A stretch of 64,000 nucleotides of DNA from contig OZ241375.1 of assembly GCA_965200625.1 (NCBI GenBank), positions 580,051 to 644,050 of the forward strand, given 5' to 3'. Below the pieces are notes generated by a model, which worked only from the letters and a program-made list of their open reading frames with translations, was not told the DNA's origin and made no database searches. Shown piece by piece: positions 54,274 to 64,000 of the stretch (the first letter of the stretch is position 1; each line of letters begins with the position of its first letter). Position numbers and translations under genes: made by a program. This stretch comes from Dehalococcoidia bacterium. GTDB taxonomy: Bacteria > Chloroflexota > Dehalococcoidia > Bin125.

Positions 54274-55130
54274 GCGCCGCCTCCCGCCATCGCCGCGCGC
54301 GCGGCGGTCATCATCACCGCCACCGGCGCCTCCCGCTCCGTCCAGAGCTCAAACGCCGCCGCGCCCTGATAGACGAGCATCGGCAGGCCGCCCACCGCCT
54401 GCCGCCCCGACGCCAGCGCCGCGCGCACCAGCGGCGTCTCCAGCGGATTGGCGATCAGATCGACCACGAGAGCATCCTCGCGCAGCAGCGCGGGGTCAAA
54501 CGGCACTTGACCCTCAGTCTCACTGCCGGCCAGTCCGACCGACGTGCACTGCACCACCAAGTCGGCGGCGGCGAGAGCAGCGGGCGTTTCGGGAGCGTCC
54601 GCGCCCAGCGATCGCAACGCCGCACCGGCGGAGGCGGAGGCCAGGTCGTGGCGCAGACGTCCGGCGCGGACGGCAGTGCGGTTGACGATCGTCAAGGCCG
54701 CCGCACCACGCCAGATCAGCGCCCAGGTAACCGCCCGCGCCGCGCCCCCCGCGCCCCACAGGACAACGTGGGCGCCTGCCGGATCAAACCCGGCCTCGGA
54801 CAACGATCGTTGGAACCCGGTGACATCGGTGTTGTAGCCCTGCAAATGACCGTCGTTGTTGACGATCGTGTTAATCGCTCCGACAAACCGCGCCGTCTGG
54901 TGCAGGCCGTCCATGTAGCGCAGCGCCGCCTCTTTGTAGGGGATGGTGACGTTCGCGCCCAGCGCCTCGCCGCGCCGCAGCCCGTCGATGAAGTCCGCCA
55001 ACTCGGGCGGCTGGAGATCCCAGGCCTCATAGCGCGCGCCCAGGCCGGCCGCGTCGAAGCCCGCCTGCTGAAAGCGCGGCGAGATGCTGTGCGCCACCGG
55101 ATGGCCGATCACTCCAACGCGCAACGTCAT
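54270..55130 (-). CDS. aroE: Shikimate dehydrogenase
   Basis: Re-called to the ATG at 55130 (MTLRVGVIGHPVAHSISPRFQQAGF), which overlaps the mltG stop (ATGA). It has NVTIPYK, GYNTD and GAGGAARA. Confidence 0.85.
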   Translation of the reverse strand: MTLRVGVIGHPVAHSISPRFQQAGFDAAGLGARYEAWDLQPPELADFIDGLRRGEALGANVTIPYKEAALRYMDGLHQTARFVGAINTIVNNDGHLQGYNTDVTGFQRSLSEAGFDPAGAHVVLWGAGGAARAVTWALIWRGAAALTIVNRTAVRAGRLRHDLASASAGAALRSLGADAPETPAALAAADLVVQCTSVGLAGSETEGQVPFDPALLREDALVVDLIANPLETPLVRAALASGRQAVGGLPMLVYQGAAAFELWTEREAPVAVMMTAARAAMAGGGA

Positions 55131-56200
55131 TCCGCGCCTCCGCGATAGCGCTCGACGTTGGCCTGATGCTCCTCGTAGGTGACCGAGAACGCGTGCGTGC
55201 CGTCCCCGCGGGCGACAAAGAAGAGATACGGCACGCTCGCCGGGTTGGCGGCCGCGATGATCGAGGCCAGCCCCGGCGAGGCGATGGGCGTCGGCGGCAG
55301 GCCGGCAACGTAGTACGTGTTGTACGCAGACTCGACCGCCAGATCGAGGGCGGTCAGCTCCCGCTTCCACCACTCCGCCGCCGTCCCTACCGCGTACTGG
55401 ACCGTCGAGTCCATCTGCAGCGGCATCTTCAGATCGAGTCGATTCCAGATCACCGCGGCCACGAGCGCGCGCTCCGCATCTTCCACCACTTCCCGCTCGA
55501 TGATCGAGGCAATCGTCAGAATCTCGTGCAGCGAACGGCCGGAAGCGCTGATCTGTTCGCGCAGCTCGGGCGTAAGCGAGTCGTCCAACCGCAGCAGCAT
55601 CAGCCGCAGCGCGTCCTCCGCCGAGGCCTCAAGCGGGAAGGCGTAAGCGCTGGGAAAGAGATACCCCTCAAGCGACGCGCCCGCCGGCCGCTGCGCCGCC
55701 AGCGCCCCGCCGACGGCGGACTCGGCGGCCGCTTCCAGCGCCGCCGCAAACGCCGCGCGATCCACGACGCCGGCCTGGGCAAGACGGTCCGTCACCTGCT
55801 CCACTCTCAGCCCCTCCGGAATCACCACTTGCAGCGGCGACGTCTCTCCAAAGTGTATGCGCCGCAGGATTTGGTAGGTCGTGATCCCCGCCTCAAACGA
55901 ATACTCGCCGGGTTCCAGGCGCCCTTCCCAGCCCAGCAGCAGGGCCAACAACTCAAACCGCGTCTGCGAGCCGATCGCCCCGCCCACCAGCAGCCGACGA
56001 CCAATGACGGCGGCAGAATCGCCCTGGACGACGATCACCGCCGACGGTTCGTCCGTCAGACGCGGCGCTGATTGCTCTGCGCTCCGGTTGCGCAAAGCGT
56101 CCGGCGTGCGCGAGATTGCGACCGCCGCCGAGGCCGCACAGATGATGGCGGCGACGGCCAGGAGCAGCGTGACGCCCGTGCGCGACGAAGCGCCGCGCAT
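55127..56200 (-). CDS. mltG: Endolytic murein transglycosylase (YceG/MltG family)
   Basis: N-terminal TM helix, then LEGYLFP..Y, ASIIE.E, NRL....PLQ.D.TV.Y and YNTY...GLPP.PI..PG. Confidence 0.85.
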   Translation of the reverse strand: MRGASSRTGVTLLLAVAAIICAASAAVAISRTPDALRNRSAEQSAPRLTDEPSAVIVVQGDSAAVIGRRLLVGGAIGSQTRFELLALLLGWEGRLEPGEYSFEAGITTYQILRRIHFGETSPLQVVIPEGLRVEQVTDRLAQAGVVDRAAFAAALEAAAESAVGGALAAQRPAGASLEGYLFPSAYAFPLEASAEDALRLMLLRLDDSLTPELREQISASGRSLHEILTIASIIEREVVEDAERALVAAVIWNRLDLKMPLQMDSTVQYAVGTAAEWWKRELTALDLAVESAYNTYYVAGLPPTPIASPGLASIIAAANPASVPYLFFVARGDGTHAFSVTYEEHQANVERYRGGAE

Positions 56201-56709
56201 TACGCCCGCCGATCGGCGAGTTCGCGCGCGCGCGCGCCGTCGCGCGAGTCCAGCCAGCGTTGCAGGATTCGGGCAGCGGCCGCCGCGTGGGAGCGCTCCC
56301 GCTCCCGTCGCTGGCGCTGAACGCTCCTGCGGCCCTGAGCACGGGCTTTGCGCCCGCCCGCTGAGCCGCGACCCAGATCCAGCGCCGCGGCATCGCTTCC
56401 CTCGCTGGAGAAGCGCTCATTCTGCGCGACGCAGGTCGCGCCGAGCGCGGCGGCGAGCGCCTCGCCGAACTCGCGGAAGGCAACCGCCTGTGCGTCCTCG
56501 CGCCCGTCCGGACGCAGCGGCACGCCGATGATCAGGTCCGAGACGGCCTCATCGCCCAGCATCCGCTTCAGCGCCCCGTCCACGGCGCTCCCGGCCGCGC
56601 GACGGTCAATGGTGCCGACGGGCAGCGCCAGCGACGAGCCGCGGGCGGCACGGGCCACGCCGACCCAGCGCTCGCCCGGATCGATGCCGATCGCGCAGCC
56701 GCGCACCAT
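56200..56709 (-). CDS. ruvX: Putative pre-16S rRNA nuclease / Holliday-junction-resolvase-like YqgF, with basic C-terminal extension
   Basis: GIDPGERWVGVA, DLIIGVPL..DG and DERFSS are YqgF motifs. It has an additional ~50-aa Arg-rich tail. The stop overlaps the mltG start by 1 nt. Confidence 0.8.
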   Translation of the reverse strand: MVRGCAIGIDPGERWVGVARAARGSSLALPVGTIDRRAAGSAVDGALKRMLGDEAVSDLIIGVPLRPDGREDAQAVAFREFGEALAAALGATCVAQNERFSSEGSDAAALDLGRGSAGGRKARAQGRRSVQRQRRERERSHAAAAARILQRWLDSRDGARARELADRRA

Positions 56710-56719
56710 CGCCGACGTC

Positions 56720-59368
56720 CTAGCCCAGCTGCTCCCGAACCGCGTTCAGCGCCGAGCCCAGGGCCTCATCGAGCTTGTCTGCGTGGCGGCCGCCGGCCTG
56801 AGCCATCTCGGGGCTGCCGCCCCCGCCGCCGCCGGCCGTTCGCGCAATCCCGCCGATCAGCTTGCCCGCGTTGACGCCCGCCGCGACCGCTCCCTCGGTC
56901 GCCATGGCGACGAACAGCGGACGATCATTGGCGACCGCACCGAGCACGATCACCCCGTCCCGACCGCTCTCGCGCAGCCGCCGTCGGACTTCGTCGCCCG
57001 TGCGCCGCAGCGCGTCCGCCGACTCCACCGCCACCCGCCCGACTGCGACGGCGAGGTCGCCGACCGCCGCCGCGTTGGCCGCGAGCTGCTCCGCCACCGA
57101 CGCCCCGGTCTTCGCCTCGACCGCCTGCAACCGCCGCCGCAGTTCCGCCGCCTCCGCCTGCAGCTGAACAATGCGGTCGCCCGCCGTATCCGGCGTCGCC
57201 CGCACCGCGGCGGCGATCTCGGTCAAGGCGTCGAGTCGCGCATCGGTCCAGTCCGACGCCGACGATCCGGTCAGCGCCTCGATCCGCCGCACCCCGGCGC
57301 CCACGCTGCCTTCAGAAACGATTTGAAACGCGCCCACGAAACCGGTCGCGGGCACGTGCGTGCCGCCGCAAAGCTCTTTCGAGAAGCAATCGTGCACGTG
57401 CGGCTCGGGATCGCAAATCTCCACGACGCGGACCGCAGTTTCGTACTTCTCGCCAAAGATCGCCATCGCTCCGGTCTTGAGCGCGTCGTCGTAGCCCATC
57501 TCCGTGGTCGAGACCGGGATGTTGTCCCGAATCCGCTCCTGCACCAACTGCTGCACCGCGCGCAGGTCGGCGGCGGCGGGCGCTTCCGGTTGGGTGTAGT
57601 CGAAGCGCAGGTGATCGGGCGCGACCAGAGAACCCGCCTGACGGACATGGTCGCCCAACACCTGGCGCAGCGCCGCGTGGAGCAGGTGCGTCGCCGTATG
57701 GTTACGCGCCGCGTCCGCGCGCCGGGCGCGGCTCACCTGCGCGGTGACGCGCTCGCCGACAGCGATGCCGCCCGAAGCGACCGTACCGACGTGCGCAATC
57801 ACGTCGCCAAAGGCGCGGGTGTCCTCAATGTCCACCTGCAGATCGCTGCCCCGCAGCCAGCCCGCGTCCCCGACCTGACCGCCGCCCTCGGGATAGAAGG
57901 GGGTGCGGTCAAGCACCACGCTGACGCGCTCGCCAGCCGTCGCCCGCGCCACCCGCTCGCCATCGGCGACGATCGCGACCACCTCGGCCTGCGTCTCGAT
58001 CGTCTCGTAGCCGGCGAAGGCGGTGGCCGTTTCCAGTTCGGCGTAGCGCGCCGCCTCTTCGTCGTAGGCGAACGCCGCCTGGCTGCGGGAGCGCTCGCGC
58101 TGCTCTTCCAGCGCCGCGTCAAACTCCGCCCGCACAACGGCCTCGTCCGGCAGCGCGTCGTTCTCGCGCGCGACCTCGGCCGTCACCTCAAAGGGCAGAC
58201 CGTAGGTGTCGTACAGCTCGAACGCGTCGCGGCCCGAGATTGCGCCGCTGGCCAGGTCGGCGATGCGGCCTTCCAAGAGGGAGCGGCCGGTGGACAGCGT
58301 GCGCCGGAAACGGTGCTCTTCCTGGTCGAGCACGTTCGCCACTAACGCCGCATGTTCGTCCAGTTCCGGGTACCAGGCGCCCATCCCGCCGCGCACCTCA
58401 ACCGCCAGGTCGGACAGCAAGTCGTCCTCAATGCCCAACGAATCGGCCATGTACAGCGCGCGGCGGATCAGGCGGCGCAGCACGTAGCCGCGGCCCTCGT
58501 TGCCGGGCAGCGCGCCGTCGGCGATCAGGAACGTCACCGCGCGGCCGTGCTCAGCGACGACGCGCATCGCCCGCCGCTGCGCTTCGCTGGCCTGGTGATA
58601 GTCGAGCGCGCAGCGCCCGCCGATGTAGCGCAGCAGCGGGGCGAAGAGATCGGTGTCGTAGAGGTTGTCCTGATCCTGCAGCATCATCGCCCAACGCTCG
58701 AGCCCGGCGCCGGTGTCGATGCTCTGCGCCGGCAGATCGGCGCGGCTGCCGTCCTCGAACCGCGTCCACTGCATGAACACGAGGTTCCAGATTTCCAGCC
58801 ACTTCTCATCCGCCTCCGCCGGCCCGGCGTACTCGCGGTAGCCGGGGCGCATGTCGTAATGCAGCTCCGAGCACGGCCCGCAGGGACCGGTCGGCCCCGC
58901 CGCCCAGAAGTTGCCCTGATCTTCGCCGTAACGGTAAATCTTGGAATCCGGCAGACCGATCTTTTTCCACTGGTCATAGGCGAAATCGTCGTCGGTGTAG
59001 ACCGTGGCGACGAGCCGCTCGGACGCGATCCCGATCACATCCGTAACCAGCTCCCAGGCCCACGCCTGCGCCTCAGCCTTGAAGTAATCGCCCAGCGAGA
59101 AGTTGCCCAACATCTCGAACATGGTCAGATGCGAAGCGTCGCCGACCTCATCAACGTCGGTAGTGCGAAAGCACTTCTGAATCGAGGTCAGGCGATGGTG
59201 CGGCGGCTGCGCCTCGCCGAGAAAGTACGGCTTGAACGGCACCATGCCGGCGCTGGTGAACAGCAGCGTCGGGTCGCCGGGCGCGGTCAACGGCGCGGAC
59301 GCGACGGCGAGATGGTCGCGGGCCACGAAAAAATCGGTGAAGGTCTGTCGAATCGTCTGTGCGTCCAT
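56720..59368 (-). CDS. alaS: Alanyl-tRNA synthetase
   Basis: IRQTFTDFF....H......S.L.....PTLLFT.AGM..FK, the editing-domain motifs HTATHLLH and CGGTH, and a C-terminal DHHA1 region. 882 aa. Confidence 0.95.
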   Translation of the reverse strand: MDAQTIRQTFTDFFVARDHLAVASAPLTAPGDPTLLFTSAGMVPFKPYFLGEAQPPHHRLTSIQKCFRTTDVDEVGDASHLTMFEMLGNFSLGDYFKAEAQAWAWELVTDVIGIASERLVATVYTDDDFAYDQWKKIGLPDSKIYRYGEDQGNFWAAGPTGPCGPCSELHYDMRPGYREYAGPAEADEKWLEIWNLVFMQWTRFEDGSRADLPAQSIDTGAGLERWAMMLQDQDNLYDTDLFAPLLRYIGGRCALDYHQASEAQRRAMRVVAEHGRAVTFLIADGALPGNEGRGYVLRRLIRRALYMADSLGIEDDLLSDLAVEVRGGMGAWYPELDEHAALVANVLDQEEHRFRRTLSTGRSLLEGRIADLASGAISGRDAFELYDTYGLPFEVTAEVARENDALPDEAVVRAEFDAALEEQRERSRSQAAFAYDEEAARYAELETATAFAGYETIETQAEVVAIVADGERVARATAGERVSVVLDRTPFYPEGGGQVGDAGWLRGSDLQVDIEDTRAFGDVIAHVGTVASGGIAVGERVTAQVSRARRADAARNHTATHLLHAALRQVLGDHVRQAGSLVAPDHLRFDYTQPEAPAAADLRAVQQLVQERIRDNIPVSTTEMGYDDALKTGAMAIFGEKYETAVRVVEICDPEPHVHDCFSKELCGGTHVPATGFVGAFQIVSEGSVGAGVRRIEALTGSSASDWTDARLDALTEIAAAVRATPDTAGDRIVQLQAEAAELRRRLQAVEAKTGASVAEQLAANAAAVGDLAVAVGRVAVESADALRRTGDEVRRRLRESGRDGVIVLGAVANDRPLFVAMATEGAVAAGVNAGKLIGGIARTAGGGGGGSPEMAQAGGRHADKLDEALGSALNAVREQLG

Positions 59369-59581
59369 AGCTCAGGAGCCGCCTTGAGGGTGTGCGAGGA
59401 TTCCGCCGGCGCATCAATGCAGCGCGCCACGGAGCAGCTGCTGCCAAATTGTTGCGAATTTCGAGTATACGCAGCGTCCCCTCCCGCGATTGCCCCGATC
59501 ATCCCAGCCGTGGGCGCGGTTGACAGTCCGCGAACTGCGTACCTAGCGTTATTGCAACGGCCTGCTGAACCGGAGCGCCGA

Positions 59582-61003
59582 TTGAGTTCCGACGACGATC
59601 CGCCAGAATCCAATTCCCCCGCGTCGATCACCGCAGTCGTGCTCGCCGCCGGGCGAGGCCAGCGTCTGCGTTCCGAGCTGCCCAAACCCGTGTTCCCCCT
59701 CGGCGGACGCGCGATGGCCGCGCATGTCCTGCACGCGCTCGCCGAAGCCGGCCTCCGCGACGCCGTGGTCGTGATTCCGCCGGGCGAGCGCGGCGCGCAG
59801 ATCCGCCAGGCGCTCACGCGCGACGCTGGCGGCCTCGCACTCCGCTTCGCCGTCCAGCAGGAACCGCGCGGCACCGCCGACGCGCTGCTCGCGGCCTGCT
59901 CGCAGGTTCAGACGCCGAGCGTCTTCGTTGTCAACGCCGACCTCCCGCTGCTCACCGCGGCCCAGATCCAGCCACTGCTCGACATCAACGGGGCGGACGC
60001 CGTTGTCGCCACGACGATCGTGGATGATCCCGCTCGGATGGGCCGCATCCTCCGCGACGAGCAGGGACAGCTGCGTGGGATCATCGAGTGGCGCGACGCC
60101 GCGCCGGCGGAGCGCGCAATCCAGGAAGTCAACCTCGGCTTCTACCTGTTCCGCTCCGCCTTCCTCTGGCCCACCCTCGAGCGAATCATCGCGGACGCCG
60201 CGGGGTCGGGAGAGGCGTACGCCACCGACGCCATCCCCGCCGCGGTGCAAAACGGCGCGGCCGCCGCCGTCAAACTGGCGCAGCCCGACGGGCGCCTCAA
60301 TGTCGAGACCCCGGCCGACGCCGCCAACGCCGAAGCCGTCCTGCGCGGCCGCATCATCAACCGCCTGCTCGACGCCGGCGTCCACATCCGCGATCGCCGC
60401 GCGGTCTGGATCGATGCCGCCGTCTCCATCGCGGCGGGCGCAGTCATCGAACCGGGCACCCATCTACGCGGCCGCGCCACGATCGGCGCCGATGCCCGCA
60501 TCGGCCCGAACGCGATCATCGAGGACGCCCGGATCGGCGCGCGCTGCGTCGTCGAGTCCTGCACGATTCGCGGCTCGACGCTGCGCGACGACGTCGAAGT
60601 CGGCCCCTATTCGACCATCCGCCCCGGCTGCGAGATCGACGCGCACGTCCACATCGGCACCCATGCGGAGCTGAAGCAGGCGCAGATCGGCGCGGGCGTC
60701 CAGATCGGCCACTTCAGCTACCTCGGCGATGCGGTGGTCGGCCCGCGGGCGAACATCGGCGCGGGCGCGATCACCTGCAACTTCGACGGCGCGGCGAAAC
60801 ATCAGACGACCATCGGCGCGGACGCGTTCATCGGCTGCGACACGATGCTGATCGCGCCGCTGGCGATCGGCGATCGCGCGCGGACCGGAGCCGGCGCCGT
60901 CGTCACCAAAGACGTTCCCGCCGACGCCAACGCCGTCGGGCATCCAGCCCGGCTGACGCCGTCGCGGCGCACGCGGCGCGAAGCGGAGCCGGCTCGTGAG
61001 TGA
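59582..61003 (+). CDS. glmU: Bifunctional UDP-N-acetylglucosamine pyrophosphorylase / glucosamine-1-phosphate N-acetyltransferase
   Basis: Proposed TTG start at 59582, 6 nt after GGAG. It has VVLAAGRGQRL.S..PK, a left-handed beta-helix hexapeptide region (IGA.A.IGPNA.IED..IG...) and a C-terminal acetyltransferase. The listed 883-aa ORF begins as antisense of alaS. Confidence 0.85.
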   Translation: MSSDDDPPESNSPASITAVVLAAGRGQRLRSELPKPVFPLGGRAMAAHVLHALAEAGLRDAVVVIPPGERGAQIRQALTRDAGGLALRFAVQQEPRGTADALLAACSQVQTPSVFVVNADLPLLTAAQIQPLLDINGADAVVATTIVDDPARMGRILRDEQGQLRGIIEWRDAAPAERAIQEVNLGFYLFRSAFLWPTLERIIADAAGSGEAYATDAIPAAVQNGAAAAVKLAQPDGRLNVETPADAANAEAVLRGRIINRLLDAGVHIRDRRAVWIDAAVSIAAGAVIEPGTHLRGRATIGADARIGPNAIIEDARIGARCVVESCTIRGSTLRDDVEVGPYSTIRPGCEIDAHVHIGTHAELKQAQIGAGVQIGHFSYLGDAVVGPRANIGAGAITCNFDGAAKHQTTIGADAFIGCDTMLIAPLAIGDRARTGAGAVVTKDVPADANAVGHPARLTPSRRTRREAEPARE

Positions 61004-62276
61004 CAGCGCGATCATCGCTCTGGTCGTTCTGATCCTGGCGTTCACGCTGTTGACGCTCGAGGCGATCGCGGAAGCGGGGGTGATCTCGCTCTCCCGCTCA
61101 CGGGCGCGGCTGCTGGCCAGCCGCCAACCCGACAACCGGCGCGCCCACCGCCTCACCGAGATCACCGCTGACCGCGAGCGGGCGCTCGGCTCGTTCGCCA
61201 TCGGCCGCACCGTCGCCGTGGCCAGCGGCTTCACCGCGGTCTTCTACATCGTGATTCGGGAGACGGAATTCCGCTGGGAAACGATGGTCATCACCGGCCT
61301 CGTCGCGGCGATCGTCGCGGCGCTGATTCACTCCGTCCCCCGCCGCCTCGCCGCCACCTGGCCCGAGGGCTTTGCAATGATCTTCGTCCCCGTAATCGAC
61401 CTGCTCGACGCCGTCTTCCTCTGGCCGGCCGCCTTGCTGGAAGCGCCCGCGCGGCTGGTCACGGGACTGGGCCGCCGCCACACCGAGGTCGCGCCGCAAC
61501 CGACCGACATTGAGGTGCTGATCGAGCAGGAGAACGAAACAATCGCCGAGGACGAGCGGGAAATGATCCGCGGGGTGATGAGCATCGGCGATCGGATCGT
61601 GCGCGAGGCGATGACCCCGCGACCGGACATCGCCGCCCTACCCGCCGACACCGAGCTGACAGCCGCCGCGAACTTCCTGCTCGAGCGCGGCTACTCCCGC
61701 GTCCCCGTCTACCAGGAGTCCATCGACAACATCACGGGCATCGTCTACGCCAAGGACTTGATGGCGGAAATCCTCAAGGAAGGCGAACAACCGATCGCCG
61801 CAATCAGCCGCGAACCGATTCTCGTGCCGGAATCCAAGCTGATCGACGACCTGCTGCATGACCTGCGCGGCTCGCGGGTGCACATGGCGATCGTGCTGGA
61901 CGAGTACGGCGGCACCGCTGGCTTGATCACGCTGGAGGACATCCTCGAGGAGATCGTCGGCGAGATCGCCGACGAATACGACCCGGCCGAGGCCGACGAT
62001 GAAGGCGCGCGGCTCGTCGACGGGGCGCTGATCCTGGACGGGCGCGCGCCGTTGACGGCGCTGGAGCGGATCGGCGGCCACATCGAGGCCGCTGACTACG
62101 ACACCGTCGCCGGCCTCGTCTTCGACTGCCTCGGACGCATCCCCGAGGTCGGTGACGAGGTGCGGCGCGGGACGCTCTCCGTGATCGTGGAACGCATGAA
62201 CGGGCGCCGTGTGGCGCAAATGCGTGCTGTAATCCTGGAGTCACCTGCTGCTGACAGCAAGGCAATCTCACATTAA
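60996..62276 (+). CDS. CNNM/DUF21 - CBS pair - CorC/HlyC domain membrane protein (hemolysin/TlyC-like Mg/Co efflux family)
   Basis: GTG start overlapping the glmU stop. It has N-terminal TM helices, E..MI.GV......VRE.MTPR.D, a CBS pair, HMAIVLDEYGGTAG.ITLEDILEEIVGEI.DE, and a CorC_HlyC C-terminus. Confidence 0.8.
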   Translation: MSDSAIIALVVLILAFTLLTLEAIAEAGVISLSRSRARLLASRQPDNRRAHRLTEITADRERALGSFAIGRTVAVASGFTAVFYIVIRETEFRWETMVITGLVAAIVAALIHSVPRRLAATWPEGFAMIFVPVIDLLDAVFLWPAALLEAPARLVTGLGRRHTEVAPQPTDIEVLIEQENETIAEDEREMIRGVMSIGDRIVREAMTPRPDIAALPADTELTAAANFLLERGYSRVPVYQESIDNITGIVYAKDLMAEILKEGEQPIAAISREPILVPESKLIDDLLHDLRGSRVHMAIVLDEYGGTAGLITLEDILEEIVGEIADEYDPAEADDEGARLVDGALILDGRAPLTALERIGGHIEAADYDTVAGLVFDCLGRIPEVGDEVRRGTLSVIVERMNGRRVAQMRAVILESPAADSKAISH

Positions 62277-62287
62277 CGTGAGCGGCT

Positions 62288-63397
62288 GTGCCCCCCTTCA
62301 CTGAACCCCCTGCGGACGACGTGCAATTCCGAGTGGCGTTTTCCCACGTCACCGGCATCGGCCCGGCCCGCATGTCGGCTCTGGAACGATTCTTCGACAG
62401 CCTCGAAGACGCCTGGCGCGCCAACCGCGCCGCGCTGCGCGACGCCGGACTCGACAAGCGCACCATCGAGGAACTCGAGCAGGCGCGGACCACGCTCGAC
62501 CCGGCGGAAGCCTACGCGCGGATGCTCGACGCCGGCCTCACGGCGTTGACCCCCAACGACGCGGAATATCCCCGCCGGCTCCGCGAAATCCCCGATCCGC
62601 CGCCGCTGATCTACCTTCGCGGTCAACTCCTCGACCACGACGAATGGTCGCTCGCGATCGTCGGCACCCGCCGTCCGACCGCGTACGGACAACAGGTAAC
62701 GCGGCGTCTGACCGCAGAGTTGGCGGCGGCCGGCCTGACCATCGTCTCCGGCCTCGCGCGCGGCGTGGACGGCCTCGCGCACGAAACCACGCTCGAGCAG
62801 GGCGGCCGCACGCTGGCGGTGGTCGCCAGCGGACTCGACCGCACCTATCCCCCGGAGCACAAACGTCTCGCCGCCCAAATTCTCGAAAGCGGCGGGGCGA
62901 TCCTCAGCGAGTATCCCCTGGGCAAGCGCCCGGACGCCCGCTACTTCCCCCGCCGCAACCGCATCATCGCGGGCGTCAGCCTGGGCGCGCTGGTCACCGA
63001 GGCCGGCGAGAAGTCCGGCACCTGGCATACAGTAACTTCGGCGCTCGATCAGGGCCGAGAGGTCTTTGCCGTGCCCGGGCCGATCACCTCCGAGCAGTCA
63101 GTCGGCGCCAACCACGTCATCCAGCGCGGCTTGGGTAAGCTCGTCACTTGCGCCCAGGATGTCCTCGATGAACTCAACCTGGGCCCGATCGAGCGCCAGG
63201 CCGAGCTGGCCGAGCAGTTGCCGGAGGATCCTGTGGAAGCATTGCTGCTCGAGCACATCGGCGGCGATCCGATCCACGTCGACGAACTCTCGCGCCTCGT
63301 CCAGCAGCCCGTCCACGAGACGGCCGCCGCCATGGCGACCCTGGAACTCAAGGGCCTCATTCACCAAGTAGGACCAATGACCTATGCCCGACGCTAA
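62288..63397 (+). CDS. dprA: DNA processing protein A (Smf)
   Basis: GTG start. It has IG......L...F, YP..L..I.DPP..LY.RG, IVG.RR.T.YG, SGLARG.D..AH and GT..T...AL..GR.VFAVPG. Confidence 0.85.
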   Translation: MPPFTEPPADDVQFRVAFSHVTGIGPARMSALERFFDSLEDAWRANRAALRDAGLDKRTIEELEQARTTLDPAEAYARMLDAGLTALTPNDAEYPRRLREIPDPPPLIYLRGQLLDHDEWSLAIVGTRRPTAYGQQVTRRLTAELAAAGLTIVSGLARGVDGLAHETTLEQGGRTLAVVASGLDRTYPPEHKRLAAQILESGGAILSEYPLGKRPDARYFPRRNRIIAGVSLGALVTEAGEKSGTWHTVTSALDQGREVFAVPGPITSEQSVGANHVIQRGLGKLVTCAQDVLDELNLGPIERQAELAEQLPEDPVEALLLEHIGGDPIHVDELSRLVQQPVHETAAAMATLELKGLIHQVGPMTYARR

Positions 63398-64000
63398 CAA
63401 CGCCGGCTCGAACGGCAAGAAGACCCTGGTGATCGTCGAGTCCGGCGCCAAGGCCGACACGATCTCGCGGTTCCTCGATGACGACTACGTCGTCAGCGCC
63501 TGCTTCGGCCACGTCCGCGACCTCCCCCGCCGGGCAGCCGAGCGGCCGGCCCAGATCAAGGGCCAGCCGTGGGCCGACTTCGCCGTGGACGTCGATCACG
63601 GCTTCCAGCCCTACTACATCGTGCCCAGCGAGTCCAAGAAGCACGTCACCCGCCTGCGCCGGGAACTGAAACAGGCCGACCGCGTCCTCCTCGCAACGGA
63701 CGAAGACCGCGAAGGGGAATCGATTGGCTGGCACCTCGTTGAGGTGCTCAGGCCCAAGGTGCCCTACGAGCGGATCGTCTTCCACGAGATCACCCCGGCC
63801 GCCATCGAGCGCGCGCTCGAGTCCCCGCGCGGGATCGACGAGCACCTCGTAGAGGCGCAGGAATCCCGGCGCATCCTCGACCGGCTCTACGGCTACTCGC
63901 TGAGTCCGGTGCTGTGGCGCAAGCTGGGGCAAGGGACCTCGGCCGGGCGCGTGCAGAGCGTGGCGCTGCGCTTCCTCGTCGACCGCGAGCGCGAGCGCAT
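63384..64000 (+). CDS. topA: DNA topoisomerase I, N-terminal fragment (3' end outside window; absent from the ORF track)
   Basis: The ATG at 63384 overlaps the dprA 3' end by 14 nt. The TOPRIM domain is present: [19 protein letters not shown]......[28 protein letters not shown].......AQ..RRILDRL.GY..SP.LW and [10 protein letters not shown]. Confidence 0.9.
   Translation, partial: MPDANNAGSNGKKTLVIVESGAKADTISRFLDDDYVVSACFGHVRDLPRRAAERPAQIKGQPWADFAVDVDHGFQPYYIVPSESKKHVTRLRRELKQADRVLLATDEDREGESIGWHLVEVLRPKVPYERIVFHEITPAAIERALESPRGIDEHLVEAQESRRILDRLYGYSLSPVLWRKLGQGTSAGRVQSVALRFLVDRERER

Noticed and set aside
56348-58345. 665-aa plus-strand ORF
   Set aside because: It is entirely antisense to ruvX and alaS. 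It is Arg-rich and low-complexity, with no recognisable domain.
58352-59581. 5' portion of the 883-aa plus-strand ORF 58352..61003
   Set aside because: The first ~410 codons are antisense to alaS and have junk composition. Only the part from about 59582 onward (the GlmU motifs) is a real gene.

Overview
This is a GC-rich bacterial chromosomal segment (roughly two-thirds G+C by eye, not computed). It is densely packed with about 60 protein genes, three tRNAs and a long Bacillus-type SRP RNA that the ORF track does not show. The content is almost entirely core housekeeping.

Main gene groups:
- Translation: infC-rpmI-rplT, thrS, pheST, alaS, lepA, rsmA, a CCA-adding enzyme and rnc.
- Protein targeting: ftsY and the SRP RNA.
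- DNA metabolism: dinB, an exonuclease-DinG fusion, ruvX, dprA and the 5' end of topA.
- Shikimate pathway: aroE, aroC and a fused aroK/aroB.
- Cell envelope: glmU, mltG and a LysM protein.
- Isoprenoid synthesis (ispE), biotin carboxylase plus BCCP, moeA, malic enzyme, and the 3' end of lipA.

The gene order alaS-ruvX-mltG-aroE...aroC-aroK/B, together with dprA-topA and tRNAs that encode their own CCA, suggests a high-GC Terrabacteria lineage (Actinomycetota or Chloroflexota). I cannot resolve this further without searches.

I see no rRNA, CRISPR array, transposase, integrase or prophage signature. Most of the longest ORFs in the track (988, 883, 665, 557, 546 and 493 aa) are antisense or read-through artefacts typical of high-GC DNA. 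Many listed starts are over-extended, and I re-called them from conserved N-termini, RBS positions and start/stop overlaps.

Most interesting observations:
1. An orphan 465-aa three-module protein lies between the SRP RNA and lepA, and I cannot assign it to any family.
2. A tight four-gene operon is led by a serine-palmitoyltransferase-like PLP enzyme and an epimerase-fold reductase, which may be a sphingoid or amino-lipid module.
3. infC has no canonical start codon upstream of its conserved N-terminus.
4. An internally duplicated zinc-ribbon protein and other small Cys-rich ORFs.
5. Two overlapping genes carry an FtsY-like N-terminal motif.
6. An exonuclease-DinG fusion retains four Fe-S-type cysteines and is coupled to a PHP phosphoesterase.
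7. Three intergenic 3x tandem repeats have a unit of about one helical turn.

None of these can be shown to be a novel system from sequence reading alone.
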